From Octopus vulgaris (lineage: Eukaryota): a stretch of 64,000 bases of DNA. Numbering within the stretch: position 1 is the first letter of the stretch; each line of letters opens with the position of its first letter. Positions 1 through 9,927 of this stretch are shown here, piece after piece. Made by a program: the position numbers and the translations under genes. The notes beneath the pieces were generated by a model, which had not been told where the DNA came from, searched no databases, and saw only the letters and a list, made by a program, of their open reading frames with translations. The stretch is from positions 50,344,001-50,408,000 of the forward strand of contig OX597817.1 of NCBI GenBank assembly GCA_951406725.2, given 5' to 3'.

Positions 1-398
1 TAATTTATTATATACTTGTTTCTTACGCTTTGAACGATTTCAAATTCTAATTAACTTTTAGGACAATTTACACGACTTTTTTCTCACATGAACCTTGTTT
101 ACAGGGAATAATCACGTGGCACTTTTAGAAATTGTAGATCTCGTTCTGACAGTAAAACGTCTACAAATTGTGGATTTCGATGTCCAGTTCCACGATCTTA
201 CATTAGAATTAACTAAAGCGGCCCTTAGAAATCTCATATTTTATAAAATTTTCATATGTCTATTTCCATTTAAAAATTAACCTTTTGAAATCGATGAAAT
301 GAGTACGTGCTGAGCACTGGGGCCATGTAAACGACTTGCCACCTCCCCCAAATTTTCCACGCTTCTACCTGTAATAGAAATATATTCTTTGGAATATG

Positions 399-440
<42 letters not shown>

Positions 441-445
<5 letters not shown>

Positions 446-706
446 GTAAATGTAATATGTGACAATTATTCGGTAGCCATGATAAAACTCCGAGTTTCGG
501 ATGTCGGGGTGGAAATCCACGCCGCCATCTCTTTGGACGGATAACTGAAGAGATGGCGGCGTGGATTTCAACCCTGACATCCGAAACTCGGAGTTTTTTC
601 ATGGCTACCGAATAATTGTCACATATTACATTTACAGATAAATTCATCTTTTTACATAATATCGGTCTCTTTCATTCTTTTGTTGTCACCATTTCTATCA
701 ATGATG
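441..706. mobile_element. Palindromic non-autonomous element (family A, Penelope-like) in (TA)n, with hammerhead motif
   Basis: ~92-bp inverted arms 441-533 / 548-640 with few mismatches; unique tail 641-706; TA/CA microsatellites on both sides; degenerate copy of tail plus arm at 3812-3945. Confidence 0.75.
540..600 (+). ncRNA. Minimal type I hammerhead ribozyme motif
   Basis: GATAA-CTGAAGA(545-551)-long stem II GATG..CATC-C-GAAAC(583-587)-TCGGA-GTT(593-595)-TTTTC; the mirror arm has TTATC, which restores stem I; stem III ACTC-G-GAGT is self-complementary. Confidence 0.65.
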
Positions 707-715
707 TATATATAT

Positions 716-756
<41 letters not shown>

Positions 757-948
757 GGGGGAGAGTTCACGAAAAAAACAAAAGACGAAGACACTTGGTG
801 TAGAAAACAAACAGATATATTAGTATAACGCTCAGGAATTGAAAAAGTCTATTACGTTTCGAACCTACGCTCTTCCACAGAAAGGAACACAGAAAGAAAC
901 AAAGAGAGAAAAAACATGTGTGTAGTGGCTACCGATCTATCATGGCGA

Positions 949-951
<3 letters not shown>
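757..951 (-). mobile_element. TA-embedded short element (family C) with degenerate hammerhead at 849-884
   Basis: Minus strand CTTT-CTGTGGA-A-GAGC-gtag-GTTC-GAAAC-GTA-ATAG; same family as 33100-33235; TA runs on both sides. Confidence 0.55.
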
Positions 952-994
<43 letters not shown>

Positions 995-1620
995 AATGCT
1001 TTTCGGATATACGTTAGCTCTAGTGCTTATCATAAATTCATAATCACTCATAAACTGATAAACAAGGTCAACTGTCGAGTCTCATTATATATGATAATCT
1101 TTAGTCTAAAAAGAGCGGATTGTGTTACTATAGATTTTCTTGGCAACCTTTTCACAAGAAACAATACATCCTCTCCTGTTCAATTTCTGTTGTATCCCGT
1201 ATCATCAAATATTTAATATAGTTTTTGGTTCAGTTCTTTTATGGTACAAGTCATCCGGATAATTGAAATCATTTCATACAAATATCAATTGTTCACTTCC
1301 GAAACTTATTCCCTATTAATAAAATATTATCGATAAAAATCATTCCTGTTGCTCTGATTTTTTAAAAATTAACAATATATTTACCACTTGAGAGATTGCT
1401 TATACTCTGGGAGTAAATATTTGAACGATTATTCTGACGGGATTAACGGTGCATACAAAATGAAATATCTACCACTAATACTTAAACTAAAAGGTAATAT
1501 TAACAATTTTTATATCACCTTGAAATATCTCCAAGGTAGCTCTTTTGAAAACTAAATAGGAATACAAGAGAAGCTCACTCATACACATATACAAACAAAT
1601 ACGTACATACATGCATATAT

Positions 1621-1815
1621 TGGTTTCAAATTTTTGCCCAAGGCCAGCGTTTCCGAAGGAGCAGGTAGTCGATTACATTAAACCCAGTGCTCAAATGCTA
1701 CTCATTTTATCGACCCCGAACGAATGAAAGGCAAAGTTGACTCGGGCCGCGTTTGAACTTAGAACGTAAAGTCGGAAGAAATGTCACTCCGTCCGGCTCG
1801 GCAACAATTCTCCCA
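1621..1815 (-). mobile_element. SINE family 1, degenerate copy
   Basis: Matches the recurrent TCGACCCCGAA..TGAAAGGCAAAGT..GAACT core seen across the window. Confidence 0.7.
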
Positions 1816-2179
1816 GCGTGCTTTATATATATGATATCTTTCTTGATAATCCTAAATTTTATCTTTATACAACATAACAATATTGTTTATAATCAATCAC
1901 CTATTGTACCCAATGATACAATTTCTTCTGTATTAATATCATTGGCATTATTAGCGTCTTGCCCTTTTAACTGGTAATTAACATCTTGATTTTAGGTCTT
2001 CAACTACCCAACCTCCTTATAGACAGTTACCGTATACTACTTCAAAATAATCTTGACAATTTTTATGACCGTATCCACTATATTCTATCAACTATATTCC
2101 TGACAGACACAATCCTCTAGTCTTAGATTTCATAATTGATAAACAAGACTAATAAATTAAAACTGAACCATTTTTGTCA

Positions 2180-2290
2180 ACTGAGTGGACTGGAGCAACG
2201 TGAAATAAAGTGTCTTGCTCAAGGACACAACGCGTTGCCGGGAATTGAACTCACGATCATAAGCCGAATGATCTAACCACTAACCACTAT
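2180..2290 (-). mobile_element. SINE family 3 (tRNA-derived) fragment
   Basis: GTGTCTTGCTCAAGGACACAAC plus B-box-like GAATTGAACTC; homologous to 30470-30810. Confidence 0.65.
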
Positions 2291-2412
2291 ATATATTGGA
2301 AAATTATAATTGTCGCTAAATAGGAATAGGATATTTGAACACCTACATTGCTAGAAATATGAGCTAAAACGTTCTAATGCCGTAGTTATGCACATAATCA
2401 ATGTGTGTGCGT

Positions 2413-2457
<45 letters not shown>

Positions 2458-2459
<2 letters not shown>

Positions 2460-2693
2460 GGAGTAAACACATAAATGTGAAACAAGGTCGAAAAAAAGAG
2501 TACTCAGATACCAGGGGTAGAGTAATATGCTTTATTTAAAAGCATCAGAAATTCAACAAAACCTGTTACTCGGAGTTTCACGTTCCCGTTCGTCGGACAG
2601 TTTTGTTAAAATTTTAACAAAACTGTCCGACGAACGGGAACGTGAAACTCCGAGTAACAGGTTTTGTTGAATTTCTGATGCTTTTAAATAAAG
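2458..2693. mobile_element. Palindromic non-autonomous element (family B) inserted in (TA)n
   Basis: Perfect 164-bp palindrome 2530-2693 centred at 2611/2612, plus a 72-bp unique tail; TA runs on both sides; second copy at 29997-30225. Confidence 0.85.
2616..2668 (+). ncRNA. Minimal hammerhead motif (mirrored on the - strand at 2555-2607)
   Basis: CTGT-CCGACGA(U4C variant)-ACG-GGAA-CGT-GAAAC-TCCGA-GTA-ACAG; stem I CTGT/ACAG; GNRA-capped stem II; stem III ACTC-C-GAGT. Confidence 0.7.
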
Positions 2694-2728
<35 letters not shown>

Positions 2729-3811
2729 TGACACACTTGGTTTGTAGATTAACAAGGTAACCAATAGTGTCATATGGAGAAGTTCCTCACAAAATTTCAA
2801 GTTCTCTACGTTGGAATCTTGGTACACGTTTCCAAAATGGAAATGTTTATCTCTCTACCGATTTGCAACCACGGTTGGCTTATGTATTTCCCCGTACCTT
2901 AGCGGTTCGGCAAAAGATAACATAGGATAAATACCAAGCTTTAAAATAAATACTGACATCGAATTGTTCGGATAAAAACTCCGCGGGGAGAGTCTAATGA
3001 CTGAAATAAAAGAAAGGCATGGTATTCTAGAAAGTTTAGAACCCTTATGCTGGCTTCTACATAATTTTTCTGAAATTTTACGAGAGAATAACTTGTACTG
3101 TTCCTAAGTATACATACACATAAAATACAACTTCACATTCTTAACAATAATTTTCTCTTTTTAGAATTGATTTTCATTTTTTTTCTTTTTCTTTCCGCAA
3201 TTTCAATGTATGTTTTAAATTCAGATAGCAGGGATTTATTTAGTTTCAAGGCATTTTATGAAAGAAGTTTGTCTTGAAATCAATAATGCAATTTGCGTAT
3301 CTAATTATTTCATTTTATTAAAAGTTATAAAATAGCAGAAAAGAATTAGAAACCTTTGGGTTATTATGCATGAAAATACAGCAGTGTGACCTGGTATTCA
3401 CATACATGTTTGAATAAATGTATTGAAACTGAGCTGAAGAGAAAGTATATGGGTGATACTAAAAGCCACCACGGTAAATACCTAAAGAGAAACCTATACC
3501 AATTTGAATATTGCATTGTTTTTCAAAGAAGGTATGTCATAGTAGCAAAATAATAAAGTTTGTAGTCTATTTAAAACACAGTAGCTGATACATTTTTGGA
3601 TTGATCAAAACAGTTCCATTCACAATTATTCCAAAGTAACAGGTTTCCTTTTTAAAATTGCTTCAAGCTGAGTTTTATCGTTCCGTTCTACACAATACTT
3701 TATGCATTCAAGAAGCGAATTCATATCATTTCCTTCATATAATCAGGCTCCCCAAGTCACTAATGCTTTATACACACACACTAACGTATATATATATATA
3801 TATATATATAT

Positions 3812-3945
3812 TAATGATAATAATATGACAACAAAAGAATGAATGAGACCTCGTATTTATGTTTAAATATAATATGTGACAATTAGTTGGTTGTCATAAT
3901 AAAAACTCCGGATGCCAAAGCTGAAGTTTTCTTCGGCATCTCATC
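3812..3945 (-). mobile_element. Degenerate copy of family A element next to (TA)n
   Basis: GACAACAAAAGAATGAA..AATATGTGACAATT..AAAACTCCG is the reverse complement of 585-700. Confidence 0.55.
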
Positions 3946-4539
3946 AATTATTAGGACAAACAAAAGCGATTTGAAGAAAACATAACGTTGAAGAAAGGGA
4001 AATGACTCCAATAGGTATGAGAAACCTAAAAATTCGTTCATAGAATCCGTATATGCATACATATACACACACATACACGTACGCACACACACACATGTAT
4101 GTATATATATATATCTATATACATACTCACACACGCGTTTAAATATATATACAAACACACATATATACATACAGTAAGCCCAACGATAGACTTAGCTATA
4201 TTAATGTAGGTTTCTGCCATCCCCCCATAGTATTTAAGAATTTAGTTTAGAACATTAGTAGGACCTAAATTTGAAAGGGCCAGTCTTGCAACACTCTGTG
4301 ATACACCTGAATCTCCCTGTTGGGTAATCACCTACTGTACACGTTAATATCTCGTGCAGGCTGTTCCGTTGATTGGATCAACTGGAACCCTCTTCGTCGT
4401 AAGCGACAGGGTGCCGCGTGTGTGTGTCTGTGTATCTGGGTGTGTGTGTTTGTGTGTATGTGTGTGTGTCTGTATGTACGTATGCATGTATGCATTGAAC
4501 AACGCTATGAATATGTCGGTAAAGAGTAGAATTAAACTG

Positions 4540-4629
4540 TTTATGTGGGCAAGTGTCTTCTACTATAACCTCGGGCTGACCAAAGACTTCTGAGTGCATT
4601 TGGTAGACGGAAACTGAAAGAAGCTCGTC

Positions 4630-4709
<80 letters not shown>

Positions 4710-4905
4710 GTCTGTGTTTGTTCCCCCAACATCGCTTGACAACTGATGCTGGTGTGTTTACGTCTCCACTTAGTTCGGCAGCAGAGACCGATAGAAGAAG
4801 TACTCGGCTTACAAAGAATAAGCCCTGGGGTTGATTTGCTCGACTAATGGCGGTGCTCCAGCATGGCCGTAGTTAAATGACTGAAACAAATAAAAGAATA
4901 AAAGA
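4540..4905 (+). mobile_element. SINE family 2 (tRNA-derived, internal microsatellite), 5'-truncated
   Basis: GGGCAAGTGTCTTCTACTATA..GACGGAAACTGAAAGAAG-(TA)(TG)n-..CTCCAGCATGGCCG..GACTGAAACAA; many copies in window. Confidence 0.85.
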
Positions 4906-5419
4906 ATATATACACATTATATCTATGTATATACACACACACACACACACATTACTCTAGTGAATCGAGTGTATTATAACTACACATTCTTATAAGGAGA
5001 GAAGTCGTTCTAATATGACGAAAGACAGCAGAGATTTGCATATTCGCGTCCGATTCGACCGAAACATATTACAAATGATTATTCAAGTCAATGTCATGTT
5101 CAAAATTCCTCGCACAGAAAGAAAAAAGACGAAATGATGCCATTTCAATAATATTCTAATGCGATAATGGTTTCAGATCTTTCACAAGACCAGCAATTTC
5201 AGTCTAGAAAGATAGCCGCTTATATGAACCCGAATGGCTCTACTCGTTATTAATTTCTCGACCCCGAAAGGAGCAAAGATGATGTCTACCCTGGTGGTAG
5301 CATTTAATGAGTCAGAAGAAATGTCGCTAAGCATGTTTTTCTAATGTAATGGTCCTTTCTACTGTTGGAACAAGACCTAAAATTTGGATGCCTGAGTCAA
5401 TTAATCACTTCATACATTC

Positions 5420-5817
5420 CTTTCTACTCTAGGCACAGGGCCCGAAATTTTGGGCTAGAGGGCCAGTCAATTAGATTGACCAGAGTATACAACTGGTACT
5501 TAATTCATCGACCCCGAAAGGATGAAAGGCAAAGTCGACCTCGGCGGAATTTGAACTCAGAACGTGGCGGCAGACGAAATACCCTATTTCTTTACTACCC
5601 ACAAGGGGCTAAACACAGAGGGGACAAACAAGGACAGACAAACGGATTAAGTCGATTATATCGACCCCAGTGCGTAACTGGCACTTAATTTATCGACCCC
5701 GAAAGGATGAAAGGTAAAGTCGACCTCTGCAGAATTTGAACTCAGATCGTAAAGACAGACGAAATACCGCTAAGCATTTCGCCCGGTGTGCTAACGATTC
5801 TGCCATCTCGTCGCCTA
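5420..5817 (-). mobile_element. SINE family 1, tandem head-body-tail-body-tail arrangement
   Basis: tRNA-like head (TGGCAGAATCGTTAG, GAGTTCAAATTC) and a central GGTCGACTTTGCCTTTCATCCTTTCGGGGTCGATAAA domain (Meta/MESC-like) present twice. Confidence 0.85.
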
Positions 5818-6327
5818 ATCACATCATATATTGGACATTTCGTGGACATTTCTCAATTGGACATTTCGCATTAATACTTATATATTATGTATTATATTCA
5901 TATCATCTAATATAATAAATACGAAAACTGATTTCTGTGTCTCAGTGTGTCACACTTTGACTTCCTTTTTCTCTATTCAATCACATTTCCTCGTGCTGGG
6001 ATGAGAGTAATAGTAGGCACCGAGACGGTGAGGGCGATGGCGAAGACAGAAGGAGAGAGAGAGAGAAATAAAGAAAGAAAAACAGAAAGAAAGAAAAATA
6101 GAGGGATTGAACGAAAGACAAAGAAATTTAGAGAGAGTTGATGATGTTTTATTAAAAGTAGTAGCGTTGGTGGTGACAATGGAAGTAATAATAAAAGAGA
6201 GAGGGGGAATATGTGATAGAAAGAGAGAGATGATGTACAACTTCCCTGCACAGTTATTCTTGAGTCCAGCTTACTGAACCAACAACTGAACACTATCATT
6301 TTTGTTTTTTTTTTCGTTCTTTAATAC

Positions 6328-6360
<33 letters not shown>

Positions 6361-6366
6361 ATAATA

Positions 6367-6613
6367 TATATTAGGGAATGAATCCAAATTTACAGGGAAA
6401 AATCAGATTTAGGGTTAAATCCAATTTTATAGTAAAATATTATATAATATAATTCGAAACAAAACCACTATTTTAAAATCAAACAAGGAAAGACTTAATC
6501 AATACATAAAATTTTAATATAAATTAAATAAACCGCCAATAAAATAAAATAAATTTTATGTATTGATTAAGTCTTTCCTTGTTTGATTTTAAAATAGTGG
6601 TTTTGTCTCGAAT

Positions 6614-6620
<7 letters not shown>
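6367..6620. mobile_element. TA-embedded inverted-repeat element (family D), truncated before the ribozyme
   Basis: ~70-bp inverted arms 6444-6515 / 6552-6622; homologous to 32361-32680. Confidence 0.7.
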
Positions 6621-6662
<42 letters not shown>

Positions 6663-6716
6663 CATACATATATCTCTGTGTGTGTGTACATATATACATA
6701 TAAATACACACGCACG

Positions 6717-6763
<47 letters not shown>

Positions 6764-6801
6764 CACTTGAATTGAAATACAGTTTTCCAAAATTAATCAT
6801 A

Positions 6802-7180
6802 TCTAATATAATAAATGTGAATGTCAGTGTGTCAGTGTGTCACACCTTTTCAACTTTACTCCTAGAGGCCTTAGCCCAACATATCATAACATTTTGGAAT
6901 CAGGCTAACTCCGTGAGTAACTTGGAAGTATTCCGGGGCAAATCCGGATCTGCAATCCTGAAATATTGGATTCCTATGTTTTCATTACTGCGATTTTTTT
7001 CTTACATGATTTTTTAGCGACGAATGTGATCATCATTGGGATATGACTCTGGAGGAAGCATTTGCAATGAATTCTCCAAAACAATCACAGATCTGTTTTC
7101 AGATCTTCCCATTCGGGGTCAGTTGCTTAAAAGCTACTTACTAGCTTAGAAGCCGCCCTATCGGACGGCTTTTAAGCCAG
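6802..7180 (+). mobile_element. Non-autonomous Helitron
   Basis: 5' A|TC start TCTAATATAATAAAT..GTGTGTCACAC (also at ~5906); 3' hairpin CCGCCCTATCGGACGG followed by CCAG|T (CTAG variant). Confidence 0.55.
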
Positions 7181-7698
7181 TGTAAATATATATGCATGTA
7201 CACGTAATGAAGGCATATTTTGCCCTCAGTATCCTGAGTGATTTTTTTTTAGTTAATATAATAATCATTTCTTACTGGAACCAAATTTGCATTTATTGTT
7301 TATCAACGTGTTATGCGTGAGCGATTCTGTAAAAATATAAAAGTATACGCTGCTGATTTTAAACAAAAAAATTAGGCAATACGAGAAAACATCAAATAAT
7401 CCGCTTTCAATGGCTAAACTCGAAGTAGAAAGCTGTAAATAATAGCCAGAAAATATTAGATAAAATAAAAGTCGAAAGCAGTCTTCGATTTTTTGTTTTA
7501 ATTCAGTATTTACACACAGTTATTTATAGCACTTTTACTTCGAGTTCAACTGTTAAAACGGATTTATACAAGTATATATTTCATGTAAAATGTGTTTAAA
7601 ATAATATACATATGCCACAGGATTGTTTACATCAATAAAAGTAAGCAAGCTGAAATATAAATAAGTAAATCGTCAAAAGATTTCCTTTAACATTGCTT

Positions 7699-8374
7699 GG
7701 ATCTTTACCTTTTGACCGACAGATTTAAAAAATAATTTTTTGTAACTAAACACTTTCAAACTTCGGACACTGGTAGAATATGTCATATAAAATATCTTTT
7801 ACTCTTAGCATTTTTGAGAAAAACTTATACTTACGAAGTTAAATTTTTCGTATTTCAGTAATTTCAACCAATGACGTGTATTCAGCTGAATAAAATTACT
7901 GCTATTGTTTGTCAACAAGAACTTCCGTTGGTGTATATTTCGTTTGTCACTGTTATTTATAACAACCCTAAACCTAATCCTAAAACCTTAACCCTAACCC
8001 TAAAACCCTAACCCTAGCCCTAAAATCCTAACCCTAACCCTAAAACCCTTTCTCTAACCCTAAAACCTTAAAACCAGTAAAAACGTACGAACGATGTCAT
8101 AGATAACAGTGACAAACGAAATATAGACTGCCGATAGTTGTTGTTGACATACAACGGCAGAAATATAATTCAGCTGAATGCACGTCATTGATTGGTTGAA
8201 ATTACCGAAATAGGACAACTTTAACGTGAAATAACTTCGTAAATATAAGTTTTTCTCAAAAGTGCTAAGAGTAAAAGATGTTTTATATGAAACATTCTAC
8301 CAGTGTCCGAAGTTTTAACGTGTTTAGTTACAAAAAATTACTTTTTAAATCTGTAGGTGAAAAGGTAAAAATCC
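7699..8374. mobile_element. Foldback/MITE-type DNA element with ~265-bp TIRs and an internal (CCCTAA)-like array
   Basis: 7699-7962 is the reverse complement of ~8100-8374; telomere-like CCCTAA/CCCTAAAA units at 7964-8075. Confidence 0.8.
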
Positions 8375-8439
8375 TATTGCTTCTCATTATATGCCACCAT
8401 TATTCATTTGGTTCTCACCGGGACCGAGTCCTTCAATCC

Positions 8440-8530
8440 AATTTTTCTTTTTACTCTTATTCCAACTAATCTTTATTTACGTTTTTTTTTTATTTCTTTG
8501 TTCTAATTTCTTTCCTCCTTCATTTTACAG
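8440..8530 (+). promoter_or_regulatory. Polypyrimidine tract and 3' splice acceptor of the neuropeptide coding exon
   Basis: Long T/C tract ending TTTTACAG|GAGGATG, with the ATG 4 nt into the exon. Confidence 0.75.
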
Positions 8531-8534
8531 GAGG

Positions 8535-8855
8535 ATGAATTTGATTCCTGCTTCGCTGATCATGTTGTGCTGTGCTGTTCTTCTTTGCCAAAGTATGCGG
8601 TTTCGCGGGACACAAACCATGCAGCATGTTCCACTGGAAATAGACGGAAATAGACAAAGAAGCATCGAGGATGATTACGATGCGTCTCGTATGCGTCAGT
8701 TGCTCACGAACTTGAAGCTCCAAAGAATGTTGAGAAAACGTGCTGGCGTGGCATACAACAGCGATTATTTGCTTCTCTTAGATAAAATGAAAAACATAGT
8801 TGATAAACAGCAGTCTGATGCATGGAACAGTAAACTCAAAGACCTTGGTAAATAG
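8535..8855 (+). CDS. Secreted neuropeptide precursor, ELH/CRH/DH44-like (106 aa)
   Basis: ~20-aa hydrophobic signal peptide MNLIPASLIMLCCAVLLCQS; RKR convertase site; mature AGVAYNSDYLLLLDKMKNIVDKQQSDAWNSKLKDL (8742-8846) followed by GK-stop (amidation signal); N-x-D..D spacing like Aplysia ELH ISINQDLKAITDML. Confidence 0.8.
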   Translation: MNLIPASLIMLCCAVLLCQSMRFRGTQTMQHVPLEIDGNRQRSIEDDYDASRMRQLLTNLKLQRMLRKRAGVAYNSDYLLLLDKMKNIVDKQQSDAWNSKLKDLGK

Positions 8856-8940
8856 TTCTGAGATTTTCATAAGACGAATAAGACCGGTTCTCTAACAATA
8901 TACTGTAAACTTAAATATTGCCAATTTTGTTGAATGGGAA

Positions 8941-8946
8941 AATAAA
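8941..8946 (+). terminator. Candidate polyadenylation signal
   Basis: AATAAA 86 nt downstream of the stop codon in an AT-rich 3' UTR. Confidence 0.4.
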
Positions 8947-9059
8947 GGAAATATGCATAAACATGTATTGCAAAATCCTTATTATTTGTCAATTATAAAA
9001 TATTTTTCATTTGTTAAATTGTAAGCCTAGCTAAAAAGGCAACAGATTTGGAATACGCG

Positions 9060-9270
9060 CTGATTTCAAATTTTGGCACAACGCCAGAAATTGCGGGGGA
9101 GTCGATGACATTGACCCCGGTGATCAACTGATATATATTTTATCGATTTCGAAAGGATTAAATGCACAGTCGACCTCATGGGAATTTGAGCTCAGAACGT
9201 ACAAATGGACGAAGTGCTGCTAAATATTTCGTCCGGGGTTGCTAACCGTTCCGCCAGGTCGCCACCCTAA
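9060..9270 (-). mobile_element. SINE family 1, degenerate
   Basis: Homology to the family 1 core and head. Confidence 0.65.
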
Positions 9271-9292
9271 TATTACATATTATTTTGTATTC

Positions 9293-9535
9293 TGTTGAGT
9301 TGCCACATAAATTCGTTCGTTTTCCATTCATTTTGATATTCGCCAATGATATTGAAATTACGCGAAAAATATGTCTATTCTAAGGTTTATTGTTATATTT
9401 GGCTCCATTTTCCCTGTACAATTTTCGCTTATTGTTTTTGAAACTTGAATAAATTTTAACTCTTTTCAGAAAAATAACGATGGAATGCAAAGTAGGGAAA
9501 AATCAAAACGAACAAATCCATTTGACAACCCAATA
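9293..9535. mobile_element. Mariner-like MITE, degenerate
   Basis: TGTTGAGTTGCCACATAAATTCGTTCGTTTT vs AAAACGAACAAATCCATTTGACAACCCAATA imperfect TIRs. Confidence 0.4.
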
Positions 9536-9624
9536 GATTAACTTGTTTGACGATTAGCAAAAACCAATGAAGAATGAGATCATTACAAGATTGCAGCTCG
9601 TTATATTCTGTCTTTTAATAGACA

Positions 9625-9784
9625 CAGGTCTGCGGTCATACTGGGGCACTGCCATGAAGAATCTTTAGTCGGGCGAATCGACCCCAATTAATATCTTTTT
9701 GTTAAACCAGGCATTTATTCTATCAGTGTTTTTTACGGGGACGGAAACTCTCCAAGACCGGTAGTCAAGTGGTGATGGGGACAA

Positions 9785-9823
<39 letters not shown>

Positions 9824-9927
9824 CATTTACGACGAGCTTCTTTCAGTTTCCGTCTCCAAATCCACTCACAAGGAATTGGTTGGCTCGTGACAGTAGCAGA
9901 AGATACTTGCCATGGAGGCCGTGCATA
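9625..9927 (-). mobile_element. SINE family 2, interrupted; head resumes at 11221-11258
   Basis: Family 2 body up to GCCGTGCA, then continues CCGGAA..TTACCACACAGCCATGCCTGC after the insertion. Confidence 0.75.

Noticed and set aside
7964-8075. Telomere or chromosome-fusion relic
   Set aside because: The array is short, degenerate and enclosed by TIRs, so it is part of a transposon.
8391-8534. N-terminal 48-aa extension of ORF 8391..8855
   Set aside because: It is the translated polypyrimidine tract of an intron; the acceptor at 8530 and the signal peptide point to the ATG at 8535.
8742-8790. Resemblance of NSDYLLLLD to glucagon/PHI TSDYSKYLD
   Set aside because: It lacks the N-terminal H-S/A-D/Q-G-x-F motif; length, amidation and spacing fit ELH/CRH better.
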